Assembly: GCA_035695045.1 (NCBI GenBank)
Contig: DASSEX010000017.1
Location: 3,346-67,345, forward strand
Source: Mycobacteriales bacterium
GTDB lineage: Bacteria; Actinomycetota; Actinomycetes; JAFAQI01
Length of the DNA stretch: 64,000 nucleotides
Direction: 5' to 3'
Part shown: positions 11,658-20,648 of the stretch, piece by piece
Layout of the letters: each line of letters begins with the position of its first letter
How positions within the stretch are numbered: the stretch's first letter is position 1
The notes under the pieces: generated by a model
Seen by the model: only the letters and a program-made list of their open reading frames with translations
What the model was told of the DNA's origin: nothing
The model's database searches: none
Position numbers and translations under genes: made by a program

Positions 11658-14009
11658 TCAGGTGCCGGAAGTGACGCGGTAAGCGTCGTAAACGCCCTCG
11701 ACCCCGCGCACCAGGCGCAACAGGTGACCCAGGTGCTTCACATCACCCATCTCGAAGGTGAACCGTGAGATCGCGACCCGGTCGCGACTCGTCGTGACCG
11801 ACGCGGACAGGATGTTGACGTGGGCGTCCGAGAGGACGCGGGTCACGTCGGAGAGCAGTCGCGTGCGGTCCAGCGCCTCGACCTGGATCGCCACGAGGAA
11901 CACCGAGCCGGCGGTCGGGGCCCACTCGACCTCCAGCAACCGCTCCGGATGCGTCTGCAGGTGCGCGACGTTCGTGCAGTCGGTCCGGTGCACCGACACG
12001 CCGTTGCCGCGCGTGACGAAGCCGAGGATCGCGTCGCCCGGGACGGGAGTGCAGCAGCGCGCGAGCTTCACCCAGACGTCGTTGAGGTCCTTGACGACGA
12101 CGCCGGGATCGCCGGCCGGCCGCGGCCGCACCCGCGTCGGGACCGCGGTTTCGGCGATGTCCTCGACGGCGCCTTCGGGACCGCCCAGCGCCTGGACGAG
12201 ACGTTGCACCACGGACTGCGCCGACAGGTGCCCTTCGCCGACCGCGGCATAGAGCCCCGACACATCGGGAAAGCGGAGGTCCTTCGCGAGCGTCACGAGC
12301 GCGTCGCCACCGAACAGCCGCTGCAACGGCAGGCCGTGCTTGCGCATCGCGCGGCTGATCGACTCCTTGCCCTCCTCGATCGCGTCCTCACGGCGCTCCC
12401 GCGCGAACCACTGCCGGATCTTGTTGCGGGCACGCGGCGAGCGGACGAACGACATCCAGTCGCGGCTGGGCCCGGCGTTCTCGGCCTTCGAGGTGAAGAT
12501 CTCGACGACGTCGCCGTTGTCGAGCGTCGACTCCAGTGGCACGAGCCGTCCGTTCACCCGTGCGCCGATGGTCCGGTGGCCGACCTCGGTGTGAACGGCG
12601 TACGCGAAGTCGACCGGGGTGGCGCCGGCAGGCAGGGCGAGCACGTCACCCTTCGGCGTGAAGACGAACACCTCCTGCGCGTGCAGGTCGAAGCGCAGCG
12701 AGTCGAGGAACTCCCCCGGGTCCTGCGTCTCGCGCTGCCAGTCGACGAGCTGACGCAACCAGGTCATGTCCTGATGGCCGTCGCCGGACTCCTTGTACTT
12801 CCAGTGCGCAGCGATGCCGTACTCCGCCTGGCGGTGCATCTTGTGCGTGCGGATCTGCACCTCGACCGGCTTGCCCTCGGGACCGATGACCGTCGTGTGC
12901 AGCGACTGGTACATGTTGAACTTGGGCATCGCGATGTAGTCCTTGAACCGGCCCGGCACCGGTGACCACAACGTGTGGATGACACCCAACGCGGCGTAGC
13001 AGTCGCGCTCGTTCTCGACGAGAACCCGCAGTCCGACCAGGTCGTAGATGTCGGCGAAGTCGCGGCCGCGCACGATCATCTTCTGGTAGATCGAGTAGTA
13101 GTGCTTCGGGCGACCGGTCACCGTCGTCTTCAGCTTCGCGTCGCGCAACGCGTTCTGGACTTCCTCGGTGACCGTCGCGAGGAAGGTGTCCCGCGACGGC
13201 GCCCGCTCGGCGACGAGCCGGACGATCTCGTCGAAGCGCTTCGGGTAGAGCGTCGCGAACGACAGGTCCTCGAGCTCCCACTTGATCGTGTTCATGCCCA
13301 GGCGGTGGGCCAGCGGTGCGTAGATCTCGAGCGTCTGCTTCGCCGTCCGCTGCTGCTTCTCCGCCGGCAGCCATTCGAGTGTGCGCACGTTGTGCAACCG
13401 GTCGGCGAGCTTGAGGATGAGGACCTTCGGGTCCTTCGCCATCGCGACGACCATCTTGCGGATCGTCTCGGCCTCGGCGGACTCGCCGTACTTCACCTTG
13501 TCGAGCTTGGTCACGCCGTCGACGAGCATCGCGACTTCGTCGCCGAACTCACGGCGCACCTCGTCCAGTCCCAGCGCGGTGTCCTCGACGGTGTCGTGCA
13601 GTAGCGCGGCGCAGATCGTCGGCTCTTCCATGCCCAGCTCGGCGACGATCGTCGCGACGGCCAGCGGGTGGGTGATGTAGGGGTCACCGCTGCGGCGGAA
13701 CTGTCCGCGATGACAACGGTCGGCAACCTCGTAGGCACGCTGGACCATGCGGGTGTCGGCCTTGGGATGGTTTGCGCGCAACGTCTTCAGCAGCGGCTCG
13801 AGAACCGCGGGACTCGTGGCGGCCTTCGTGCCGCCGAGCCGCGCCAACCGCGCGCGAACCCGCGCGGGCGGACCGGCGGGCGCGCTCTGCCCCGCGGGCG
13901 AAGGATCTGCTGCCGGCTGGGCGGGGCGGCTCGGCTCCGCGGGGTCGGCAAGGGGTGTCCGGACGGCGGCAGGCTCGTCGACCGCTACCGGTACGACGTC
14001 CTCAGCCAC
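11658..14009 (-). CDS. relA: Bifunctional (p)ppGpp synthetase/hydrolase RelA/SpoT (Rel)
   Basis: 783 aa with an HD hydrolase domain ([25 protein letters not shown]), a synthetase domain ([12 protein letters not shown]...YQSLHTTV), and TGS and ACT C-terminal domains. Confidence 0.95.
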   Translation of the reverse strand: MAEDVVPVAVDEPAAVRTPLADPAEPSRPAQPAADPSPAGQSAPAGPPARVRARLARLGGTKAATSPAVLEPLLKTLRANHPKADTRMVQRAYEVADRCHRGQFRRSGDPYITHPLAVATIVAELGMEEPTICAALLHDTVEDTALGLDEVRREFGDEVAMLVDGVTKLDKVKYGESAEAETIRKMVVAMAKDPKVLILKLADRLHNVRTLEWLPAEKQQRTAKQTLEIYAPLAHRLGMNTIKWELEDLSFATLYPKRFDEIVRLVAERAPSRDTFLATVTEEVQNALRDAKLKTTVTGRPKHYYSIYQKMIVRGRDFADIYDLVGLRVLVENERDCYAALGVIHTLWSPVPGRFKDYIAMPKFNMYQSLHTTVIGPEGKPVEVQIRTHKMHRQAEYGIAAHWKYKESGDGHQDMTWLRQLVDWQRETQDPGEFLDSLRFDLHAQEVFVFTPKGDVLALPAGATPVDFAYAVHTEVGHRTIGARVNGRLVPLESTLDNGDVVEIFTSKAENAGPSRDWMSFVRSPRARNKIRQWFARERREDAIEEGKESISRAMRKHGLPLQRLFGGDALVTLAKDLRFPDVSGLYAAVGEGHLSAQSVVQRLVQALGGPEGAVEDIAETAVPTRVRPRPAGDPGVVVKDLNDVWVKLARCCTPVPGDAILGFVTRGNGVSVHRTDCTNVAHLQTHPERLLEVEWAPTAGSVFLVAIQVEALDRTRLLSDVTRVLSDAHVNILSASVTTSRDRVAISRFTFEMGDVKHLGHLLRLVRGVEGVYDAYRVTSGT

Positions 14010-14084
14010 TCGGCTCTCTCCCCGACTTTCGCCCTGTGACGAGCATAACGGCCGAGAGCCGACGTCCCTTCCCGTTCGCCGTAG

Positions 14085-14621
14085 TCAGACGGTGAGCAAT
14101 GCGTGCACCTCGACATCGGCGGCGCTCAGTCGCTCCCGGCCACCGAGGAAGGTCAGCTCGAGCAGGACGCTCGCACCCGCGAGCTCGCCGCCCGCCTCGC
14201 GGACGAGGGCAGCAGTCGCGGCCACTGTGCCGCCGGTCGCCAGCACGTCGTCGACGATGAGCACGCGCTCCCCCGCTGTGAACGCGTTGCGTTGCACCTG
14301 CAGCACGGCTTCGCCGTACTCCAGCGCATAAGCCGTTTCGTAGGTCGGACCGGGCAGCTTGCCCTTCTTTCGCACCGGCACGAATCCGGCACCGAAGTGG
14401 TAGGCCACCGGGGCCGCGAGGATGAACCCGCGAGCCTCGATGCCGACGACTTTGTCGATCGTGCCGCGTCCGTGGTGCGCGACGATCGCGTCGACCGCGC
14501 CCGCGAACGCCACGTGGTCGGCGAGCAGCGGGTTGATGTCCTTGAACAGCACGCCGGCCTGCGGATAGTCCGGAACGTCGCGGACCCGGTCGCGCAGCAG
14601 AGCGGGCAGGTCGAGGCTCAC
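14085..14621 (-). CDS. apt: Adenine phosphoribosyltransferase
   Basis: 178 aa with FKDINPLL and the PRPP-binding motif VLIVDDVLATGGT. Overlaps the secF stop. Confidence 0.95.
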   Translation of the reverse strand: MSLDLPALLRDRVRDVPDYPQAGVLFKDINPLLADHVAFAGAVDAIVAHHGRGTIDKVVGIEARGFILAAPVAYHFGAGFVPVRKKGKLPGPTYETAYALEYGEAVLQVQRNAFTAGERVLIVDDVLATGGTVAATAALVREAGGELAGASVLLELTFLGGRERLSAADVEVHALLTV

Positions 14622-15838
14622 CGACGCTTGCGCTTGTTACGACCGCCGCCGGGGCGACCTCCGCGGCTGCCACTCTTGCGCTGCTGTCCCGGACGGGTGC
14701 CCGGCCGTGGCCCGGGAGCGGCGGCGCGGGACGCACTCGCCGGCTCGTCGGCGATGTCGGCCGGCCCGTCGCCGGCGACAGCCGGGCGGGCGGCCGTCGC
14801 ACCGGACTGCCGGCCGCCCCATGCCGGCGTCGCAGCCGTGCTGCCCTCCTTGGTCTGCCGGGCCGCGACGCGTCGGGCCAGAGCCTGGTACGTCGACTCG
14901 CGCTCCTTCATGTCCGCGACGAGCGGCGTGGCGATGAAGATCGAGGAGTAGGCACCGGAGGCCAGACCGATGAGCAGTGCGAGGGCGAGGTCCTTCAGCG
15001 ACCCGGCTCCGAGCAGGCCGGCGCCGATGATGAGCAGGCCCGCGACCGGCAGCAGCGCGATGATCGACGTGTTGATCGACCGCATCAGGGTCTGGTTGAC
15101 CGCCAGGTTGGCCGCCTGGCTGAAGGTCATCCGGCTCCCGCCGGCCAGACCCATCGTGTTCTCCCGCACCTTGTCGAACACGACGACGGTGTCGTAGAGC
15201 GAGTAACCCAGGATCGTCAGCAACGCGATGACGGTGGACGGGCTGACCTCGAAGCCGACCAGCGAGTAGATGCCGGCGGTGATCAGAAGGTCGTGGATGA
15301 GCGCGATGATCGCGGCGAGCGCCATCTTCCACTCGAAGCGGAACGACAGGTAGATGATGACCGCGATCAGGAAGATGACCAGGCCGTAGATCGCCTTCCT
15401 CGTGATCTGCGAACCCCAGGTCGAGCCGACCGACTGCACGTCGACGTCATCGGTGCGGAGTCCGACCTTGTCGGCCAGCGCCTTCTGCACCTTGCCGACG
15501 ACGTCACCGGCGGGGTTGTTGGCCGACTGCGGCAGGGACTTGGTCTCGACGCGGAACCTCGTGTCGCCACCCGAGCCGGTCGTCTGCACGACCTCCGGGG
15601 TCACGCCGACGCTGCGCAGCGCCGCGTTGACATCGGAGATGGAGTGCCCGTTGCGCGGGAGCTGGAAGACGTCGCCGCCCTTGAAGTCGATCGACGGGTG
15701 CAGCCCACGGACGAACATGCTGACGATCGAGATCAGGATCAGCAGCCCGGAACCGGCGTACCAGAGCCGGCGACGGCCGATGAAGTCGTAGGAGAGCTCG
15801 CCCCGGTAGAGGCGAGTCGCGAGGGAGTCGGACGCCAC
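14618..15838 (-). CDS. secF: Protein translocase subunit SecF
   Basis: ORF 14618..15904 was trimmed to GTG 15838, 2 nt after the secD stop. SecF core (YDFIGRRRLWY, multi-TM, LYDTVVVFDKVREN) plus an Arg/Gly/Pro-rich tail. Confidence 0.9.
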   Translation of the reverse strand: MASDSLATRLYRGELSYDFIGRRRLWYAGSGLLILISIVSMFVRGLHPSIDFKGGDVFQLPRNGHSISDVNAALRSVGVTPEVVQTTGSGGDTRFRVETKSLPQSANNPAGDVVGKVQKALADKVGLRTDDVDVQSVGSTWGSQITRKAIYGLVIFLIAVIIYLSFRFEWKMALAAIIALIHDLLITAGIYSLVGFEVSPSTVIALLTILGYSLYDTVVVFDKVRENTMGLAGGSRMTFSQAANLAVNQTLMRSINTSIIALLPVAGLLIIGAGLLGAGSLKDLALALLIGLASGAYSSIFIATPLVADMKERESTYQALARRVAARQTKEGSTAATPAWGGRQSGATAARPAVAGDGPADIADEPASASRAAAPGPRPGTRPGQQRKSGSRGGRPGGGRNKRKRR

Positions 15839-15839
15839 G

Positions 15840-17555
15840 TCAGACCCCCCTCGGCTCGAGAGCAGCACCGGCGCGGGCCCGCCCGACACCTGTCCACGCC
15901 GCACCGCCGTCGAACGCGCGCATGCGTGCCATGAGCGTCATGATCGGGCGGGTGAAGCAGAAGACGATGAACAGGTCGGACAGCGTCGACAGGCCGAGCG
16001 TGAACGCGAACCCGCGCACGTCACCGATCGACACCATGTAGAGGACGACAGCGGCGAGCAGCGAGACCGCGTCCGCGGAGATGATCGTCCGACGCGCTCG
16101 TGGCCACGCTCTTTCTATGCCGCTTCGCAATCGTCTGCCCTCGCGCACTTCGTCACGCAGTCGTTCGAAGAACACGACGAAGGAGTCGGCGGTGATGCCG
16201 ACGGCGACGATGAAGCCGGCGATGCCCGGCAGCGACAACGTGTAGCCCAGCGACGAGTGCCCCAGCAGCGTCGTGACGGCGTACAGGATCAGACCGGACA
16301 GCACGAGGCTCGCGATGGTCACGAGACCGAGCGCTCGGTAGTAGAGCAACGAGTAGAGGATGACGAGGCCGAGGCCGATCGCACCGGCGATCAGGCCGCC
16401 GCGGAGCTGGTCGGAGCCGAGCGATGCCGAGATCGACGAGACCGACGCCTTCTCGAGCTTCAGCGGCAGCGCACCGAACTTCAGCACGTTGGCGAGGGTC
16501 TTGGCCTCGTCCTGGGTGAAGTTGCCGGTGATCTGCGTCTGGCCACCGGCGATGCCGTCCTGCTGGCTGCGCGGATAGCTCTGGACGACGCCGTCGAGCA
16601 CGATGCCGATCGCGTTGCAACCGGTCGGCGGTGAGCAGTTGGGGACCTCGGCGTTGGTCTCGTAGGCCTTCTTCGTGAGGTTGTACCAGTCGGTGCCGCC
16701 CTTGTGGGAGAAGTTGAGCTGCACCAGCCACTCGTTGGTCTGCGTGTCGACGGTCGCGTCGGCGCTCTTGATCTCCGAGCCCTCCACACCCGCTGGGGCC
16801 AGCAGGAACTTCTGCGTCCCGTCCTTGCTGCAGGAGACGATGTAGTCCTCGGCCGGGTCGAGCCCCGCCGTCGGCCGGGTGCCCTTGCTGCAGTCGTAGG
16901 TGGCGAACAGCCCCTGCACGGACGCGACGTCCTTGCCCATGCTGCCGGGCACCGGGGTCGCGACGCTCGGAGCGCCCGGCGAGGGCGAGGCGGACGGGGT
17001 CGGCGAGGGCGCCGACGCGGTCGGCGACGGCGACGGTGTGGACGAGGCCTGCGGCGCAGGCGCGGCGAGCAGCGCCGCCCGCATGGCGTCGTGCTTCTTG
17101 GGCGTCGCCGACTTCTTCACCGCGGCGCTCGCGCTGGGCACCGGCGTCACGGTCGACCCACTCGGTGCCGGAGCCGGCACACCGTTGGCCACGGCAAGGA
17201 CCTGCCGGAAGCGCAGCAGTGCGGTCTCGTCGAGGGCGGCGAGCTTGCCCCGGGACACACCCGGCGCGGAAACGACGATGTTGCTGTTGCCCTGGGTGTT
17301 GATCGATGCGCCGCCGACACCGGCGGCGTCGACCCGCTGCCGGATGATGCTGACGGCCTGGTTGAGCGCGCCCGTGGTGACCTTCGTGCCCTTCAGCGGC
17401 GTGGCGGTCAGGATGACCTGGGTCCCGCCGCGCAGGTCGAGGCCTAGCTTCGGCGTCTGCGACGGGCCGAGGAACAGCCCGAGATAGAGGCCGACCAGCA
17501 CGAGCGCGACGATGCCGAGCATGCGGCCGGGTCGCGGAGTTCCTGCGGCTGCCAC
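15840..17555 (-). CDS. secD: Protein translocase subunit SecD
   Basis: 571 aa with an N-terminal TM, a periplasmic domain (LGLDLRGG), a Pro/Ser/Ala-rich insert, and C-terminal 6-TM SecD motifs (GFIVAVGITADSFVVFFERLRDE). Confidence 0.9.
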   Translation of the reverse strand: MAAAGTPRPGRMLGIVALVLVGLYLGLFLGPSQTPKLGLDLRGGTQVILTATPLKGTKVTTGALNQAVSIIRQRVDAAGVGGASINTQGNSNIVVSAPGVSRGKLAALDETALLRFRQVLAVANGVPAPAPSGSTVTPVPSASAAVKKSATPKKHDAMRAALLAAPAPQASSTPSPSPTASAPSPTPSASPSPGAPSVATPVPGSMGKDVASVQGLFATYDCSKGTRPTAGLDPAEDYIVSCSKDGTQKFLLAPAGVEGSEIKSADATVDTQTNEWLVQLNFSHKGGTDWYNLTKKAYETNAEVPNCSPPTGCNAIGIVLDGVVQSYPRSQQDGIAGGQTQITGNFTQDEAKTLANVLKFGALPLKLEKASVSSISASLGSDQLRGGLIAGAIGLGLVILYSLLYYRALGLVTIASLVLSGLILYAVTTLLGHSSLGYTLSLPGIAGFIVAVGITADSFVVFFERLRDEVREGRRLRSGIERAWPRARRTIISADAVSLLAAVVLYMVSIGDVRGFAFTLGLSTLSDLFIVFCFTRPIMTLMARMRAFDGGAAWTGVGRARAGAALEPRGV

Positions 17556-17616
17556 GTCAGTGTTCCTTCCAGGTACGGCGCCCTAGCGCGCCCTACGTCG
17601 TCGAGGAGGCTGCGCC

Positions 17617-18018
17617 TCAGGTGCCGGTGCCTGCGGGCGTGTCGCCTGAGGGACCGGTCTCCTCGGCGTCCGCCGCGTCGGGCTCCGGCTCAGGTGGCGT
17701 GTTGACCCGGCCGATCGCCGCCTTCACGTAGCGGCTGTGCACGCCAGGAGCGACCTCGAGCGTGACGGTGTCGTCGTCGACCGCGACGACCGTGGCGATC
17801 AGGCCGGCGGTCGTGGTGACCTCGACACCAGGCTCGATGTTGTTGCGGGTCTGCATCGCCGCGCGCTGCCGGGCGCGAGCCGGGCGCATGAACAGCATGT
17901 AGGCGGCGAGGACGATCAGGACGAGAAAGATGATGCCGAAGCCCCCACCGCCACTCTTGGAGCCGGTGCTACCGGTGCTCGCGGCGAGCACGATCAGGGC
18001 GTTGCTGGAGAAAGGCAC
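17617..18018 (-). CDS. yajC: Preprotein translocase subunit YajC
   Basis: 133 aa with a single TM followed by LFMRPARARQRA...GVEVTTTAGLIATVVAVDDDTVTLEVAPGV, in the conserved position between ruvB and secD. Confidence 0.8.
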   Translation of the reverse strand: MPFSSNALIVLAASTGSTGSKSGGGGFGIIFLVLIVLAAYMLFMRPARARQRAAMQTRNNIEPGVEVTTTAGLIATVVAVDDDTVTLEVAPGVHSRYVKAAIGRVNTPPEPEPDAADAEETGPSGDTPAGTGT

Positions 18019-18037
18019 CGCAGGAGTCTATGGCGGC

Positions 18038-19093
18038 TCAGGCCAACCCAACCTCGTCGGCGTCGAACAGCGGCGCGTCGGCCACGCTCGGCGTCGGCGG
18101 CCGCAGGCCGAGATGCCGCCAGGCGGCCGCGGTCGCGACACGACCCCTGGGTGTCCGCGCGAGCAGGCCGGCGCGCACCAGGAAGGGCTCCGCGACGGTC
18201 TCGACCGTCTCCGGCTCTTCGGCGACCGCCACGGCGATGGTCGACAGCCCGACCGGCCCGCCGCCGAATCGCCGCAGCAGCGCGTCCAGCACCGCACGGT
18301 CGAGTCGGTCGAGTCCGACCTCGTCCACCTCGTAGACCTCGAGCGCCGCCCGGGCGACATCGCGCGTGACGACGCCGTCGGCGCGAACCTCTGCGTAGTC
18401 ACGCACGCGGCGCAGCAGCCGGTTGGCGATGCGAGGCGTGCCCCGGGCACGGCCGGCGATCTCCGCGGCGCCGTCGGGCCGCAACGGCACGTCGAGGAGT
18501 GCGGCGCTGCGCACCAGCACCTGCTCGAGCTCCTCCGCCGAGTAGAAGTCGAGATGGGCGACGAAACCGAAGCGGTCGCGCAGCGGGCCCGGCAGCAGGC
18601 CGGCGCGAGTGGTCGCCCCGACGAGGGTGAACGGCGCGACGTCGAGCGGGATCGCCGTCGCTCCCGGCCCCTTGCCGACCACCACGTCGACGCGGAAGTC
18701 CTCCATGGCGACGTAGAGCATCTCTTCGGCCGGCCGCGCCATCCGGTGGATCTCGTCGAGGAACAGCACCTCGCCCTCGCTCAACGTCGAGAGCAGAGCG
18801 GCGAGGTCGCCCGCCCGTTCGATCGCCGGACCGGACGTGATGCGCAACGGCGCGCCGAGCTCGGCGGCGAGGATCATCGCGAGCGTGGTCTTGCCCAGGC
18901 CGGGCGAGCCGGACAGCAGCACATGGTCGGGCGGTCGGCCGCGCTGCTGCGCGGCACCGAGCACCAGGCCGAGCTGCTCGCGCACCCGTTGCTGACCCAC
19001 GAACTCCGACAGTCGTTTCGGCCGAAGCGCTGCCTCGACGACGGTGTCGTCGCCGTCGGCATACGGCGACACGACGTCGGTGGCATCGCTCAT
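18038..19093 (-). CDS. ruvB: Holliday junction branch-migration helicase RuvB
   Basis: 351 aa with Walker [12 protein letters not shown], Walker B LFLDEIHR, and arginine-finger and winged-helix regions. ATGA overlap with the ruvA stop. Confidence 0.95.
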   Translation of the reverse strand: MSDATDVVSPYADGDDTVVEAALRPKRLSEFVGQQRVREQLGLVLGAAQQRGRPPDHVLLSGSPGLGKTTLAMILAAELGAPLRITSGPAIERAGDLAALLSTLSEGEVLFLDEIHRMARPAEEMLYVAMEDFRVDVVVGKGPGATAIPLDVAPFTLVGATTRAGLLPGPLRDRFGFVAHLDFYSAEELEQVLVRSAALLDVPLRPDGAAEIAGRARGTPRIANRLLRRVRDYAEVRADGVVTRDVARAALEVYEVDEVGLDRLDRAVLDALLRRFGGGPVGLSTIAVAVAEEPETVETVAEPFLVRAGLLARTPRGRVATAAAWRHLGLRPPTPSVADAPLFDADEVGLA

Positions 19094-19713
19094 GCGCGGC
19101 TCAGCAGCTGGAGGCTGGCGCGCAACAGCGCCGCGATGTCCGGCGCGTCACCCACCGCGATCGCCGCCTCGGCTTCGGGGCCGACGGCTGCCAGTGCCTC
19201 ATCGACCTCACGCGGACTCCAGCCGAGCCCGGCCAACGCCGCGCGCAGCTGCTCACGCCAGGCACCGACGCCCGCACTCTGTCCGGGAAGCGTCACCCGA
19301 GCAGCGCCGGTGGGCGCACCCAGCCGGTCCTTGAGCTCGAGCACCAGCCGCTGCGCACCTTTGCGGCCGATGCCGGGAACCAAGGTGAGAGCACCCAGAT
19401 CTTCGGTCGCCACCGCCGCCCGCACCGCGTCCGGCGAGTGAACGGCGAGCACCGCCTGCGCGAGCTTGGGCCCGACGCCGGCCACCGACTGGAGGATGTC
19501 GAAGACCACCCGCTCGTCGTCGCTGGCGAAGCCGTAAAGGGTGAGCGAGTCCTCACGGACGACCAGCGCCGTGGCCAGCCGCACAGCTTCACCGATGCGC
19601 AGTCCGCCGGCCGTCGCGGGCGTGCAGTGGACGGCGAGACCCACTCCACCGACCTCGACGACGGCGCTCTCCCCGGTGACGGCCGCGACGGTTCCGGCGA
19701 TGCTGGCGATCAT
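19090..19713 (-). CDS. ruvA: Holliday junction DNA-binding protein RuvA
   Basis: ORF 19090..19815 was trimmed to ATG 19713, where the homologous N-terminus MIASIAGTV...VVEVGGVGL begins. HhH motifs [12 protein letters not shown] and [15 protein letters not shown] are present. Confidence 0.9.
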   Translation of the reverse strand: MIASIAGTVAAVTGESAVVEVGGVGLAVHCTPATAGGLRIGEAVRLATALVVREDSLTLYGFASDDERVVFDILQSVAGVGPKLAQAVLAVHSPDAVRAAVATEDLGALTLVPGIGRKGAQRLVLELKDRLGAPTGAARVTLPGQSAGVGAWREQLRAALAGLGWSPREVDEALAAVGPEAEAAIAVGDAPDIAALLRASLQLLSRA

Positions 19714-19720
19714 CAGCGGT

Positions 19721-20236
19721 TCACCTCCCGGCGGCGGCGACCGCCGCCTCGAGCCGACGTTGGGTGCCGCCGCGCCACAGCTGGCAGATGGCGAGAGCGA
19801 GCGCGTCGGCGGCATCAGCGGGGCGCGGAGGAGCCGGCAGCCGCAGCAGGCGGGTGACCATCGCGGTCACCTGCGCCTTGTCGGCCCTGCCATTGCCCGT
19901 CACTGCTGCCTTCACCTCGCTCGGGGTGTGCAACGCGACCGGCAACCCCGCGCGCGCTGCACACGTGATCGCCACCGCGGCCGCCTGGGCGGTGCCCATC
20001 ACGGTGCGGACGTTGTGCTGGGCGAAGACGCGCTCGACGGCGACCGCGTCCGGCCGGTGCTCGGCCAACCAGCCGTTGAACTCCTGCTCCAGGTGGAGCA
20101 GTCGGCTGCCGATGTCAGCGGTTGTCGCCGTACGGACCACGTCGAAGGCGACGGCAGACACCGCGCGACCGGCGTTGCCGTCGACGACGCCGAGGCCGCA
20201 CCGGGTCAGCCCGGGGTCGACGCCGAGCACCCGCAC
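19721..20236 (-). CDS. ruvC: Crossover junction endodeoxyribonuclease RuvC
   Basis: (M)[14 protein letters not shown]-terminus. GTG 20236 sits 7 nt after a GGAGG on the minus strand. In-frame GTGs also occur at 20242 and 20230. Catalytic D/E/D pattern (VDPG...AVERVF...ADAADALA). Confidence 0.9.
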   Translation of the reverse strand: MRVLGVDPGLTRCGLGVVDGNAGRAVSAVAFDVVRTATTADIGSRLLHLEQEFNGWLAEHRPDAVAVERVFAQHNVRTVMGTAQAAAVAITCAARAGLPVALHTPSEVKAAVTGNGRADKAQVTAMVTRLLRLPAPPRPADAADALALAICQLWRGGTQRRLEAAVAAAGR

Positions 20237-20251
20237 CCGCACCCCTCCGTC

Positions 20252-20267
20252 CCGAACACGTGTTCGG
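20252..20267. promoter_or_regulatory. LexA SOS box (Cheo-box type) upstream of ruvC
   Basis: Perfect 16-bp palindrome CCGAACACGTGTTCGG, containing GAAC-N4-GTTC. It lies 10-16 bp upstream of the ruvC start candidates. Confidence 0.6.
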
Positions 20268-20648
20268 AAACCCTACGGCGTCGCCACGCCGGCAAGCCGC
20301 AGCGACGCGCCGGACGCCCGCCGCACTTGCGGGGAACGAAAGCGCCGGTTGCCGGTCGAACTCGGACATCGTGCCGGCGACCACGTCCTGCCTGGCTACG
20401 CCGAGTAGTCACTTGCTCCGCCCGGAAATGGTCCCGGTGTGCTCTCCAGCCGGATTTCCCCGCCGACGATTACTCACCGTGACGACCCGCCTCGGTGGGG
20501 CGTCAGCACAGAACTCGGGGCGCTATGACCCCCTGGCCCGCCATTCGGTCGCGAGGGCCTGGGGAGAGCGGAGCAGCGAGCCCACGCCCGGGTCCACCTG
20601 GACGACGCCTCAACGGGGGGCGGCGGTCAACCAAAGGGGGGCGGGCGC

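Noticed and set aside
20270-20648. A possible c-di-GMP (GEMM-type) riboswitch in the 406-bp leader upstream of the protease. The idea came from the adjacent GGDEF/HD-GYP gene and from short strings such as GGCAAGCC, GGACGC and GCGGGGAACGAAAGC.
   Set aside because: Only fragmentary resemblance to the consensus as I remember it, and I could not build the conserved P1/P2 architecture by eye. A covariance-model search (Rfam RF01051/RF01786) over 20243-20648 would settle it: a hit above the gathering threshold supports the idea and no hit refutes it.
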